From the NCBI GenBank assembly GCA_040767085.1, contig JAXGPF010000017.1, positions 1 to 57,738 of the forward strand: 57,738 nt of DNA. Reading direction: 5' to 3'. The translations under genes and the position numbers were made by a program. The notes below the pieces were generated by a model, which was given only the letters and a program-made list of their open reading frames with translations, was not told where the DNA came from and ran no database searches. Origin of the DNA: Kiritimatiellia bacterium (GTDB lineage: Bacteria > Verrucomicrobiota > Kiritimatiellia > JAAZAB01). This document shows positions 1-10,068 of the stretch, piece after piece; the stretch's first letter is position 1; each line of letters opens with the position of its first letter.

Positions 1-2
1 AA

Positions 3-323
3 GAAGCGGCCGCCTGCCTGGGCGCTTCGCCCGCGCGCGCCATCTGGCGCATTACTTTGCCGGCCATTCGGGTGCATCTGCTGGCCGGCTGCATCCTGGC
101 TTTCAGCTTCGCCATGCTGGAAGTATCCGATTCGCTGATGCTGGCGCAGCGCCAGATGCATTTTCCCATCACCAAGGCCCTCTACGAGCTGGCGCAGATT
201 CTGGGCGAAGGCCGGTACATTGCCGCCGCCCTGGGGGTCTGGGGGATGCTGTTTCTGCTGCTGACCCTGGTCTGCGCCGGCCGGCTGCTGGGACGCCGGC
301 TCGGGCAGGTATTCCGGTTTTAA
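3..323 (+). CDS. ABC transporter permease, C-terminal part (iron/FbpB-like), 5'-truncated by window
   Basis: Frame open from the window edge reads EAAACLGASPARAIWRITLP (EAA loop) followed by hydrophobic helices. Confidence 0.75.
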   Translation, partial: EAAACLGASPARAIWRITLPAIRVHLLAGCILAFSFAMLEVSDSLMLAQRQMHFPITKALYELAQILGEGRYIAAALGVWGMLFLLLTLVCAGRLLGRRLGQVFRF

Positions 324-341
324 CAACCTGCATCGCGCAGG

Positions 342-1085
342 CTAAACCACGCCGCTGATTTTTTCCAGGGGCGCGCGCCGGCAGGCGCAACTTGCGCTGT
401 CCAGGCGGCGCAGGGGCGCCAGCCACCGGGCGGCATTGAGAATCACGCGCTGCACGTTGGCATCGTGGAACGTCGGATACGTTTCATGGCCCGGCCTGAA
501 GTAAAATATCCGGCCATGCCCGCGTTCGAAGACACAGCCGCTGCGAAAAACTTCGCCGCCTTCGAACCACGAGACGAATATCAATCGTTCCGGTTCGGGA
601 ATATCGAAACGCTCGCCGTACATTTCCTCATGGGGCAGTTCGAAATAATCATCCAGCCCGGCGGTGATGGGATGGTTGGGCGCCAGGTTCCACACGCGTT
701 CGCGTTCCCCGGCCACCCGCCATTTCAAGGTGCAATTGGTTCCCATCAGGCGCATGAACGGCTTGGAGCGATGCGAAGAATGCAGCAGCATTAATCCCAT
801 GCCGCTCAGCACCTGCGCCTGCACGGCCGCGGCGATACCGTCGTTGAGCGCCTGATGGGCTGTGTGACCCCACCAGATCAGGACGTCGGTGTTCTCGAGG
901 ACATCGCCGCCCAAGCCGTGATCGGGCTCGTCCAGGGTCGCCGTGCGCACCTCGAAACCGCCGTCCCGGCGGAGCGCTGCCGCAATCACCGCGTGCATTC
1001 CCTCGGGATAGATCCGGCGCACTTCCTCGTTTTTCTTTTCATGCCGGAATTCGTTCCAAACCGTCACCCTTATTTTTGCGGACAT
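342..1085 (-). CDS. thuA: ThuA-family trehalose utilisation protein
   Basis: Motifs [40 protein letters not shown]. Confidence 0.9.
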   Translation of the reverse strand: MSAKIRVTVWNEFRHEKKNEEVRRIYPEGMHAVIAAALRRDGGFEVRTATLDEPDHGLGGDVLENTDVLIWWGHTAHQALNDGIAAAVQAQVLSGMGLMLLHSSHRSKPFMRLMGTNCTLKWRVAGERERVWNLAPNHPITAGLDDYFELPHEEMYGERFDIPEPERLIFVSWFEGGEVFRSGCVFERGHGRIFYFRPGHETYPTFHDANVQRVILNAARWLAPLRRLDSASCACRRAPLEKISGVV

Positions 1086-1163
1086 GCCTGGTCTCCTTGA
1101 ATTGATTAACCGGTCAACAACGGACTACCTGAGGAGCCAGGGATAATCAAGCATATAATGCAA

Positions 1164-1270
1164 GTGTCCGGTGTTCAAAACCCGACATGTCCGGTGTTCC
1201 GTGTTCCGTGTTCCGGCGTAAAACCATAAAACCCTCAAACTTAAAACTTCCCAAGCGTAAGTTTTTAAAT
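1164..1270 (+). repeat. Periodic repeat tract: (GTGTTCC)n followed by a TAAAACCN-type element
   Basis: gtgttccgtgttccgtgttcc then cgtaaaaccataaaaccctcaaacttaaaactt; homologous tracts at ~40325, ~44455 and 45629-45880. Confidence 0.75.
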
Positions 1271-1396
1271 TTGCCCACTACGGAAAATTTAACGCATTGA
1301 CATGCATGGGTAAAACCGTTTTACTCATTTCCCGGATGCCCGCGCGGGCAGATGCGCGCCGGACTGTTTTTCGTTAATCCAAACACAGGAAAAACC

Positions 1397-3277
1397 ATGA
1401 ACATCTCGCTCTGGGATTATTATCAACGATTGGCCGATAAAATCGGCGCCAAAGCCCTGGCCGGCGCTCCCAGCCGGGCGGAATGGGCCAAAATACGGCC
1501 ACGCCTGGCCCGGGAATATTTCCAGTCCATGGGGCTGAATCCCCTGCCCGATTACCGCAGCGCGGAATTCCGCGATGGCGGCGTCTGGCGCGGCCGGGGC
1601 TTCCAGGTGCAGCGCATCGCCTGGCAAATCCTGCCGGACTGCTGGAACAGCGCCTGCATTTACCGGCCCGATCCCATGCCGGCCGCGCGGGCGCCGGCGA
1701 TATTGTACACCAGCGGGCATAGCGGCCATGGCGCGTATTTTTCGCAGCGGCATGCGATTATGTGGGCGCGGCGCGGGTATATTTCGATGGGCTTCGACAC
1801 ATTCGAGCAGGGCGACAATCCCGGCGACCACCACGGCCTCTGTTATCACCGCCGGCCGGATTGGGTTTCCATGGGCTTCACTGCCGCGGGCGGCGAGTTG
1901 TGGAATTCCATCCGCGCGCTGGACATCCTGGAGCAAACCCACGGCGTGGATTCGGCTAAAATCGGGGTGACCGGCAATTCCGGCGGCGGCGCCCACAGTT
2001 TTTTCCTGGCGCTGGCCGATGAACGGATCAAAGCCGCGGCGCCGTCGTGCGGCGTGGTGCGTCCCAGATATCTCTTTGACCGGCAGCACCTGCTGACGCA
2101 CTGCGATTGCATGTGCTATCACAACCTGTTCCAGCGCGATCCGATCGAGTTCGGCTGGCTGTTCGCGCCCCGGCCGCTCCTGTTGTGTTTTGCGATGGAA
2201 GATTTGCACTTTTCGCTCGATCAATACCGGGAATTGCACGCCGGCATACAGAGATTTTACCAGCACCTGGGCCAGCCGGAAAAATGCCAGCTCTGCGAGT
2301 ACCACGGCCCGCACGGCTACCAACCGGAATCGGTCGAACGGATCAACCAATGGTTCGACGAGCATCTTTACGGCGAGGCCCGGCCGCGCCTGGGCTTGGG
2401 GGAATTGGAAATACCCGAGCCGGAAACCTGCATTTTCCAGGGCGCGCCGCCGCCCGACAACCGCATGGCGCAATTGCCGGAGTTGCTGAGTCCGACCGGC
2501 GCGGTGACGCTGCCGGCCAAGCCGGACGATTGGCCGGCGCTGCGCCACGGCATGTGCAAGACCATCCGCGAAAACCTGATGCATCATTTTGATACCACGG
2601 CGCGGCTGGAACTCAAGCAACTGGGCGACTGGATCAAAGGCGTATGGAATTACCGTAAATATCGCGCCGTATTCGGCGACAATGAAATCTGGGTGGAAAC
2701 CCTGACGCCTCCCAAGCCGACCGACAAGGCCGTCATCGGCCTGGCCGACACCCCGGAAAACGCCCGCGATGTGCTGATGCGGCTGTCAGACGATATCCGG
2801 CATACCATCGCGGTCATTGTCCCGCGTTTTTCAGGGTTCAATGCCTGCATGACGCAGACGACCGCGCTGCTGCGCGCCGGCGCCTATACCGGCATGACGC
2901 CGTTCATGCTGATGCTGGAAGACTTGGAACTTGCGGCGCCGGCCGTGATGGCGCTCCCGGAACTGCGCAAGCGCCAGGCGTATATTTACGGCCGCGGCGA
3001 TGCCGGCGTCGCCGCGCTGTATCATGTCATCATGGATGAAAACACGGCCGGCGCAATCCTGGATGGCATCCCGTCCAGCCACCGCCAGGGCGCCTATTTC
3101 CTGAACGCGCTGCGCTGCCTTGACTTGTCGCACGCCATGGGGCTCGCGGCGCCCCGGCGGATCGGCTTGATCAACGCTCAACCATCGTTATGGACGCGCC
3201 GGTTGTACAACCGGCTGGGCTGCCCGGAGAATCTGTTTGCGGCGGCCTCGCCGCGCGAGATGCTGCTGCGCCTTTAG
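1397..3277 (+). CDS. Two-domain alpha/beta hydrolase (acetylxylan esterase-like)
   Basis: GVTGNSGGG nucleophile elbow, HCDCMC, GPHGY; second degenerate hydrolase domain; AGGA upstream of ATG 1397. Confidence 0.75.
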   Translation: MNISLWDYYQRLADKIGAKALAGAPSRAEWAKIRPRLAREYFQSMGLNPLPDYRSAEFRDGGVWRGRGFQVQRIAWQILPDCWNSACIYRPDPMPAARAPAILYTSGHSGHGAYFSQRHAIMWARRGYISMGFDTFEQGDNPGDHHGLCYHRRPDWVSMGFTAAGGELWNSIRALDILEQTHGVDSAKIGVTGNSGGGAHSFFLALADERIKAAAPSCGVVRPRYLFDRQHLLTHCDCMCYHNLFQRDPIEFGWLFAPRPLLLCFAMEDLHFSLDQYRELHAGIQRFYQHLGQPEKCQLCEYHGPHGYQPESVERINQWFDEHLYGEARPRLGLGELEIPEPETCIFQGAPPPDNRMAQLPELLSPTGAVTLPAKPDDWPALRHGMCKTIRENLMHHFDTTARLELKQLGDWIKGVWNYRKYRAVFGDNEIWVETLTPPKPTDKAVIGLADTPENARDVLMRLSDDIRHTIAVIVPRFSGFNACMTQTTALLRAGAYTGMTPFMLMLEDLELAAPAVMALPELRKRQAYIYGRGDAGVAALYHVIMDENTAGAILDGIPSSHRQGAYFLNALRCLDLSHAMGLAAPRRIGLINAQPSLWTRRLYNRLGCPENLFAAASPREMLLRL

Positions 3278-3786
3278 CCGTTGTTGCCGGATGCGAGCAA
3301 GGCGCGGTAACGATCGCAATCTTCCCGGTTAAAGCAGCAGAAGATGACCGCCGGCGCCGCCGGATGCCGGTGTTGGAAATCGGCGCAGGCGCGCACGGCA
3401 ATCGCTGCGGCGGCATCTTTGGGGTAGCCATACACTCCCGTGCTGATGCACGGAAAAGCCATGGAGCGGCAGCCGTGTTCCGCGGCCAGACTCATTGAGC
3501 TCAGGTAACATTGATAGAGCAGTTCCGCTTCCCCCGCCCCACCGCCCTGCCAGACCGGACCGACCGTATGGATGACATATCTGGCCGGCAGGCGGTAGCC
3601 CCGGGTGATTTTAGCCGCGCCGGTCGGGCAGCCCCCCAGGATTCTGCATTCCGCCAGCAATTCCGGGCCGGCAGCCCGGTGAATGGCGCCGTCCACCCCG
3701 CCGCCGCCCAGCAGTGTCCGGTTGGCGGCATTGACGATGGCATCCGCCTCCAGCAGCGTGATATCAGCTTGGATTGCTTGTAACAT
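3274..3786 (-). CDS. Macro-domain protein (O-acetyl-ADP-ribose deacetylase, YmdB-like)
   Basis: [32 protein letters not shown]. Confidence 0.92.
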   Translation of the reverse strand: MLQAIQADITLLEADAIVNAANRTLLGGGGVDGAIHRAAGPELLAECRILGGCPTGAAKITRGYRLPARYVIHTVGPVWQGGGAGEAELLYQCYLSSMSLAAEHGCRSMAFPCISTGVYGYPKDAAAAIAVRACADFQHRHPAAPAVIFCCFNREDCDRYRALLASGNNG

Positions 3787-3789
3787 CCA

Positions 3790-4536
3790 TCAGCTCCCGC
3801 ATATGGAACAACGCGGATTGGGCGCGACGGCCACTATCCGGAAACGCATGGACAAGGCGTCAAACAGCAGCAGACGATTGACAAGCAGTTCGCCGATGCC
3901 CAGCAAGTACTTGACGGTTTCCGCCGCCTGGACGCAGCCCAGCAAGCCCGGCACAAAGCCCGGCGGCCCGGCCGGGACGGCGGCCGCCGCCGGCGGATAT
4001 TCGTCAAAAAGGCAGCGATAACAGGCGCCGCGGCCGGGCACCGCCGTCAGGGCCTGGCCGGCATACCGGCTGACTCCGGCATGCATCGCCGGGCGCCCCG
4101 CCGCATGGCAGGCGCCGGCAATCGCCATCTTGGATTCAAAATTATCCACGGCATCCACCACGCAATCGTAGCGCGCCGGCAGCGCCGGCGGTGTCGCCGC
4201 CGACCAGCGCTCCTGCAGTAGTTCCACCCGCACGTCCGGGTTGAGATCCCGCACGGCGCGGGCGGCGGCATCCACTTTCGGCCGGCCGATATCCGCGGCG
4301 CGGTAAAGAATCTGGCGCTGCAGGTTATGCAGTTCCACGCGGTCGTCATCCATCAGCCCCAGCGTCCCGACCCCCGCCGCCGCCAGGTAATAGACCGCGG
4401 TGGCCCCCAGCCCGCCCGTCCCGACCACCAGCACGCGCGCCCGCAAGAGGCGCGCCTGGCCGGCCGGCCCGATTTCCGGGAGCGACAGGTGCCGGGTATA
4501 CCGCGCAGTTTGTTCCGCCGTCAGGGTGTTATCCAT
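3790..4536 (-). CDS. ThiF/MoeB/HesA-family adenylyltransferase
   Basis: RYTRHL, GTGGLG, NLQRQ, CYRC and C-terminal CSIC zinc sites. Confidence 0.92.
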   Translation of the reverse strand: MDNTLTAEQTARYTRHLSLPEIGPAGQARLLRARVLVVGTGGLGATAVYYLAAAGVGTLGLMDDDRVELHNLQRQILYRAADIGRPKVDAAARAVRDLNPDVRVELLQERWSAATPPALPARYDCVVDAVDNFESKMAIAGACHAAGRPAMHAGVSRYAGQALTAVPGRGACYRCLFDEYPPAAAAVPAGPPGFVPGLLGCVQAAETVKYLLGIGELLVNRLLLFDALSMRFRIVAVAPNPRCSICGS

Positions 4537-4605
4537 CGGAAGGCCTGGTTGAAGGTTGGCTGCGCCGCAGCGTCAACCCAAACCGGGTTAACGCTGACGG
4601 CCGGA

Positions 4606-4803
4606 CTATCCGCCGCCGGCAAACTCGAGAATTTCAACCCGGTCGCCTTCGCGCAGTTCATGTTCCGCGCGTTGCGCCAGCGGGACAACATTGCCGTTCG
4701 CCAGCACCGCCACCCGCCGGCCCGGGGCGATCTCATTCAGCAAATCCTCCAGGCGCGGGCGCCCCTGGTACTCCATGCTGTCGCCATTCACCGTCAGTTG
4801 CAT
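4606..4803 (-). CDS. thiS: ThiS-family sulfur carrier protein
   Basis: 65 aa, MQLTVNG start, LREGDRVEI, C-terminal GGG. Confidence 0.88.
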   Translation of the reverse strand: MQLTVNGDSMEYQGRPRLEDLLNEIAPGRRVAVLANGNVVPLAQRAEHELREGDRVEILEFAGGG

Positions 4804-4827
4804 CTCGTCGTTCCCTTCCCCGCGGAT

Positions 4828-6123
4828 TTATTGCGTTGCCTGGCGCAGCGCCTGATCCATATCCGCCTGAATATCCGCCACGTCTTCCAGGCCGACCGAC
4901 AACCGGATGTAATCGTCGCTGACACCCGTGGCCTGGCGCTCCGCCGGGGTCAATTGCTGGTGTGTGGTGGAGGCCGGGTGGATTACCAGGGTCTTGGCGT
5001 CGCCGATATTCGCGAGATGCGACAGCAGGCGCACGGAATTGATAAAACGGCGCCCCGCTTCCAGCCCGCCCTTGATCCCGAACCCAACCATGCCCCCGAA
5101 TCCATGTTGCAGGTAACGGGCGGCGACCGCATGATCCGGACTGCCGGGCAGGCCCGGGTAACAGACCCAGTTGATCCGGGGATCGCCCTGCAGCCAGCGG
5201 GCGATGGCCAGGGCGTTGGCCGAGTGCCGTTCCTGGCGCATGCGCAGCGTTTCCAGTCCCTGGATGAACATCCACGAGTTGAACGGACTCAACGCGGCGC
5301 CGAAATCGCGCAGCAGGGTCAAGCGTGTTTTGAGAATGAAGGCCAGGTTGCCCGCATCCGGCAGGTTGCCGAAGGCATCCCAGTACACCAGTCCGTGATA
5401 ACTCGGGTCGGACTCGGTAAATTCCGGGAATTTGCCGTTGTTCCACGCGAAGCGCCCGCCGTCCACGATGATCCCGCCGAGGGATGTGCCATGCCCGCCG
5501 ATATACTTGGTAGCCGAACTGGCAATGATATCCGCCCCGTGGGACAACGGCTGGACCAGGCCTGCGCCGATGGTGTTATCCACCACCAGTGGCACGCCTG
5601 CCGCATGCGCGATTTCAGCCAGCGCGGCGAAATCCGGGACATCCAGCTTGGGATTGCCGATAGTCTCGACGTACAGGGCGCGCGTCCGCGGGGTAATCGC
5701 CCGGCGGAAGGCTTCCGGATCGCGCGAATCGACAAAGCGCGCGGCCCGGCCGATTTTCGGGAAAGCGTGATGCAGGAGCTGGTACGTGCCGCCGTAGAGG
5801 TTGTTGCCGGCGACAATTTCATCGCCCATGCGGGTAATAGCCAGCAGGGTGTAGGAAATCGCCGCCTGGCCCGACGCCACCGCCAGCGCGCCCGTGCCGC
5901 CTTCCAGGGCCGCCATGCGTTTTTCAAACACATCGGTGGTGGGATTCATCAACCGGGTGTAGATATTGCCGAATTCCTTCAACGCGAAGAGATCGGCGGC
6001 ATGCTCCGCGCTCTTGAACATGTACGAGGTGGTCATGTATAACGGCACCGCGCGGGAGCCGGTAGCACTGTCCGGCGTATGGCCGGCATGCAACGCCAAT
6101 GTGTCAAATCCGAATTTTTGCAT
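4828..6123 (-). CDS. metY: O-acetylhomoserine aminocarboxypropyltransferase (sulfhydrylase)
   Basis: GNIYTRLMNPT, SATKYIGGHG (PLP lysine), HLANIGDAKTLVIHPASTTHQQL. Confidence 0.93.
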   Translation of the reverse strand: MQKFGFDTLALHAGHTPDSATGSRAVPLYMTTSYMFKSAEHAADLFALKEFGNIYTRLMNPTTDVFEKRMAALEGGTGALAVASGQAAISYTLLAITRMGDEIVAGNNLYGGTYQLLHHAFPKIGRAARFVDSRDPEAFRRAITPRTRALYVETIGNPKLDVPDFAALAEIAHAAGVPLVVDNTIGAGLVQPLSHGADIIASSATKYIGGHGTSLGGIIVDGGRFAWNNGKFPEFTESDPSYHGLVYWDAFGNLPDAGNLAFILKTRLTLLRDFGAALSPFNSWMFIQGLETLRMRQERHSANALAIARWLQGDPRINWVCYPGLPGSPDHAVAARYLQHGFGGMVGFGIKGGLEAGRRFINSVRLLSHLANIGDAKTLVIHPASTTHQQLTPAERQATGVSDDYIRLSVGLEDVADIQADMDQALRQATQ

Positions 6124-6259
6124 TTTTATGCACTCCTCCCCAAGGCGGGCTTTGCCCGCAACCCAATTTTGCTTTTCTTCCTCGCCGACACGCGAGACCC
6201 GACACGCGACACGAAAAGGTTTGCTACGGAAAATGTATCAGGTCGAAACGGAACGGTTT

Positions 6260-6761
6260 CAATAGCATCCCATAGAAAACTGATTTATTCTCTCACAAAG
6301 TCGCAAAGCCACAAAGAAGATGGGATTATTTATTACGGAACCGGATAAGCGGTTAGCCACCCTCCTTCGTCAAGACTACGGAGGGCAAGCCCGCCTTCGC
6401 TAAAGCTACGGCGGGCAAGCACAGGCACAGGAAAAAGCATGGATGTAATGGAATTGAGCGGCATGCCGCGCTGTCCGCTAAGCGGACATGGATCGGCGGA
6501 CACCCGGATACCCGAATTGATTCGCGTATCAGGGTGTCAGCCGATCCGCCAGACCGGCAGATGCCGGTCGGCGCGGCAGTCGTAAATGATTTGATTTTGT
6601 GCATTTTATGCATTTTGTGGCAAAATTGCCCTGCTTGGTGTGCCCGGTGGGAACGATGCCATTGGCCAAAAAACCGGAACTTAAGATTATAAGCAAACTC
6701 CAATTTCCTTAAAGAATATCGTCGTTTCCATCTGATAAATCATATCTATGGGATGACAGTG
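6260..6761. mobile_element. MITE-like non-autonomous element (502 bp) with imperfect TIRs and 9-bp TSD
   Basis: Direct repeat gaacggttt at 6251-6259 and 6762-6770; ends caatagcatcccataga... and ...tctatgggatgacagtg; inner tgatttat/ataaatca also complementary. Confidence 0.75.
6360..6419 (+). repeat. Two tandem 30-nt hairpin (REP-like) units
   Basis: ccctcc-ttc-gtc-aa-gac-tac-ggaggg-caag and cccgcc-ttc-gct-aa-agc-tac-ggcggg-caag. Confidence 0.85.
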
Positions 6762-6838
6762 GAACGGTTTAAGAACCTCTGCCAGGCCGGTTCATGCAAG
6801 TCAATTTGCCAGCTTGGCGGCGGATGTCAATCCAAAAC

Positions 6839-8176
6839 TCAGCGGTAAGCGTCATGCAGCAGGCAGTGCGCCATGGCCAGCAGCCCAACGTGCAGGAACA
6901 GCAAGGGCCAGGCGTATTTCCACAGCCGCGGATGCCGGGCGCCGGCCCACCCCATCCAGATCGCCGCCGGCGCCAGGATGGGAAACATGTAACGTCCCGC
7001 GGGCTGGTAATCGTACAAGACCGCGTACAAGACCAGCAGCGCCAGGTTAAAGGCTGCCAGGCTGGCCACCCAGTACAACCCCCAGCGGACAGGGCGGTCG
7101 CGCGCGGTCCACGCCGCCGCGACGAACAACGCCGCCGCCGCCGGCGCCAGGAATTTCAACGCGGCATAAACTTGCGGATCGAAACTGACCGTACCGTAGT
7201 CGAACTTGCCGTAGAAATAAGCCAGGGTCTCCGTGAAGAAATTGCGCCGCACCAGTTCCACCAGCACCGGCCATGATACATGCGGGGCCATGACCGCCCG
7301 CGGCCCCGGCTGATCCACGCCAATCGAGGCCAGCCACGCCGGCGTCGGCGCCCCGGGCATCAACTCGCCATACAGCATGAAATTGCGCGCATACCAGCCG
7401 CCGGCCAGCAGCAGGGCCATCGCGGCGGAGGCCATGGCCAGCCGCCAGAGCGCGCGCCCGGATAGCCGGCGCGCGCAGGCCAGGCCCACCCCGCCCAGGG
7501 CCAGCCAGGGCAGGTAAACCCAGTAATTCAGCTTGGCGGTCAACAGCAAGCCGATGCCCGAGCCGAACCACCAGGCCGCTTTCCAGGGAGGTGTGCGGTC
7601 GGGCGCGGCGGCGGCCGCTGCCATCGCATTGACCGTCACTGCCGCCAGCCAGCCGGAAACCGCCAGCGCGTAGGCGTCGGCATTGACGTAACTGCAAACA
7701 TAGACGGCCTGTGGTATCAGGGTTATCACGGCCACCGGCAAAACCGCGCCGGCGCCGCGGCCGCCAGCGCGGCGGACGGCCGCCAGCGCCAGGTTGAGCA
7801 ACGCCAGGCCCATCAGGCCGGACATCAAACGCGCGCCGATGTGCCAATCCAGTCCCGCCCAGCGGCGCCCGGCGGCGGCCGCTGCGGCCGCTAAAACGTA
7901 ATTCAGGGCGGGGAACTTGTTGTAACTGGAAGCATTGCGCGTGAAACAGTCCGTATCGTCCACCCCATAGACCGGCAGACGGCGATGCTCCAGGATGAAT
8001 TTTACGCTGTACCGGAAATGATTGTCTTCATCCGGCGCCCGGTCGTACGGCACCGTAAAAATCCAAACCAGGGCGGAGGCGCCGAAAACCAGGTTGAGCA
8101 GGGCCGCCGGCCAGCATCGGCGCGCCCAGGCGGCAAGCGTCAGTATCATCGGCGGTAATCCCCCTTGCTCAGCCAT
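6839..8176 (-). CDS. Polytopic membrane protein, probable GT-C fold glycosyltransferase (ArnT/PMT/DUF2142-like)
   Basis: PDE motif after first TM helix, FPALNY, VNAD, LTAKL, QPAGRY; many TM segments; start could be 8149. Confidence 0.65.
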   Translation of the reverse strand: MAEQGGLPPMILTLAAWARRCWPAALLNLVFGASALVWIFTVPYDRAPDEDNHFRYSVKFILEHRRLPVYGVDDTDCFTRNASSYNKFPALNYVLAAAAAAAGRRWAGLDWHIGARLMSGLMGLALLNLALAAVRRAGGRGAGAVLPVAVITLIPQAVYVCSYVNADAYALAVSGWLAAVTVNAMAAAAAAPDRTPPWKAAWWFGSGIGLLLTAKLNYWVYLPWLALGGVGLACARRLSGRALWRLAMASAAMALLLAGGWYARNFMLYGELMPGAPTPAWLASIGVDQPGPRAVMAPHVSWPVLVELVRRNFFTETLAYFYGKFDYGTVSFDPQVYAALKFLAPAAAALFVAAAWTARDRPVRWGLYWVASLAAFNLALLVLYAVLYDYQPAGRYMFPILAPAAIWMGWAGARHPRLWKYAWPLLFLHVGLLAMAHCLLHDAYR

Positions 8177-8892
8177 TTTTCCAGGAGGGCGTAAAGCACG
8201 ATAAACAGGTAGCGGCTGCCCATTTCATGCATCTGCAGCTTGGATTGTCCCGCCTGGCGGTTGCGCCAGGCGATGGGCACGGTTGCATACTGGTAGCCCC
8301 GGATGATGGCCTTGAGCGGCATTTCCACGGTCAGGTTGAAGTGCGCCGATAAAAACGGCTGCAAGCCTTCAATCACATCCCGGCGGTAGCACTTGAAGGC
8401 GTTGGTGATGTCGTTGTGCGGGATTTGAAACAAGGTCTTGATAAACCAGTTGGCCAGGCGGTTCACCGCCAGTTTGAAGCGCGGATAATCCACCACGACG
8501 GCGCCCTTGATGAAGCGCGAGCCGAAGACGCATTCCGCGCCGGCTTTCATTTTGGTGTAGTAGACGTAAATATCCGAGGGATCGTCGGAGAGGTCCGCCA
8601 TCACGATACAGGCCGCATCCCCCTTGAAATGATTCAAACCGCAGCGCACGGCATAGCCGAACCCATGGGGCGGCGGGTTGTTGACATGCCAAATGCGCGG
8701 ATTGCGCGCCGCCCAGCCGCGCGCAACGCTTTCCGTGCTGTCCGTGCTGTTGTCGTTGACCACCAGAATCTCGTAATCATCCGCGCCCCGGGCGGCAAAC
8801 GCGGCGACAATGGCGCCGAGCGTTTCGGCCAGGGCGCCTTCCTCGTTATGCGCGGGGATGATGATCGAAAAAAATGGCCGGGAATCGCTCAT
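8146..8892 (-). CDS. Glycosyltransferase family 2 (polyprenol-phosphate sugar synthase-like)
   Basis: IIIPAHNEE, VVNDNSTD, MADLSD, VFGSRF; start 8892 overlaps the upstream stop (ATGA). Confidence 0.88.
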   Translation of the reverse strand: MSDSRPFFSIIIPAHNEEGALAETLGAIVAAFAARGADDYEILVVNDNSTDSTESVARGWAARNPRIWHVNNPPPHGFGYAVRCGLNHFKGDAACIVMADLSDDPSDIYVYYTKMKAGAECVFGSRFIKGAVVVDYPRFKLAVNRLANWFIKTLFQIPHNDITNAFKCYRRDVIEGLQPFLSAHFNLTVEMPLKAIIRGYQYATVPIAWRNRQAGQSKLQMHEMGSRYLFIVLYALLEKWLSKGDYRR

Positions 8893-10046
8893 GGCGCAAA
8901 ATCCGCGACCGCCGCGATGACGCGCGCCTGGTCGGCTTCCGTCAAGTCGTAATAAAACGGCAGGCGGACCAGGCGGTCGCTCACGCTTGCGGTCACCGGG
9001 CAGTCGCCGGGCCGGCCGCCGAACTTGCGGCCCATGGCGGACAGGTGCAGCGGCTGGTAATGGAAAACCGCATGGATGTTGCGGCGGCGCAGCGCCGCGA
9101 TCAAGCCCTGGCGCGCGGCCAGATCCGGCAGCAGCAGGTAAAACATGTGCGCCGGATGTTCGCAATCCGGCGGCGCCACCGGCAATCGCACGGCATGCGC
9201 CGCGGCCCAGGCGCGCAACCCGGCGTCATAGCGCCGCCAGATGGCGCGGCGCTTGCGCTGGATCGCCGCCCGCCGCTCGAATTGCGCCAGCAGGAACGCC
9301 GCCAGCAGGTCGGACGGCAGGAAACTCGAACCCAGGTCCACCCAGGAATACTTGTCCACCTGGCCGCGGAAAAAACGGCCGCGGTCGGTGCCCTTTTCGC
9401 GTAATATTTCAGCGCGCTCCGCCAGGCGCGGATCGTTGATCAGCAGCGCGCCGCCTTCGCCGCAGGAGAAATTCTTGGTTTCATGGAAACTTTGGGCGGC
9501 CAAAGCGCCGAAAGTGCCGAGATATCGGCCTTGGTATTTGCCGAACAGGCCGTGGGCGTTGTCTTCCACCACGGGAATCTCCCGCGCGGCCGCCAGGGCC
9601 ATGATGGCGTCCATCGCGCAGCCCACCCCGGCGTAATGCACGGGCACGATGGCGCGCGTGCGGGTGGTAATCCGGCGCTCGAGGATGTTCTCGTCCATGT
9701 TCAGAGTGTCCGGCCGGATGTCGCAGAAAATCGGCCGGGCACCGCGCAGCACGAAGGCATTGGCGGTGGAAACGAAGGTAAACGACGGAACAATGACGTC
9801 ATCGCCGTTCTGGACGTCGAGCAGCAGCGCCGCCAATTCCAGGGCATGCGTGCCGGAAGTGGTCAAAAGCGCCCGGGGCACGCCCAGGACGCGCTCCAGC
9901 CAGGCATGGCATTTGCGGGAAAACGGTCCATCGCCGGAAATCTGGCCCTGGGCGACAGCCTGAGCCATGTACTCCATTTCCCGGCCGGCCAGGGCCGGGC
10001 GATTGAAGGGAATGAACGCCGGGGATGGAGGGGTTGGCGGTCTCAT
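8889..10046 (-). CDS. rffA: dTDP-4-amino-4,6-dideoxygalactose transaminase (DegT/DnrJ family)
   Basis: IPFNRP, SFHETKN, EKGTDR, GQVDKYSW, AVFHYQPLH. Confidence 0.88.
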   Translation of the reverse strand: MRPPTPPSPAFIPFNRPALAGREMEYMAQAVAQGQISGDGPFSRKCHAWLERVLGVPRALLTTSGTHALELAALLLDVQNGDDVIVPSFTFVSTANAFVLRGARPIFCDIRPDTLNMDENILERRITTRTRAIVPVHYAGVGCAMDAIMALAAAREIPVVEDNAHGLFGKYQGRYLGTFGALAAQSFHETKNFSCGEGGALLINDPRLAERAEILREKGTDRGRFFRGQVDKYSWVDLGSSFLPSDLLAAFLLAQFERRAAIQRKRRAIWRRYDAGLRAWAAAHAVRLPVAPPDCEHPAHMFYLLLPDLAARQGLIAALRRRNIHAVFHYQPLHLSAMGRKFGGRPGDCPVTASVSDRLVRLPFYYDLTEADQARVIAAVADFAP

Positions 10047-10068
10047 AATGTTTAAACAAAGACCTCGG

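Noticed and set aside
6124-6260. SAM riboswitch upstream of metY
   Set aside because: No recognisable SAM-I/II consensus; only a short GC hairpin.
6353-6703. 116-aa ORF inside the MITE as a transposase
   Set aside because: No DDE or HUH motifs; the sequence is translated repeats.
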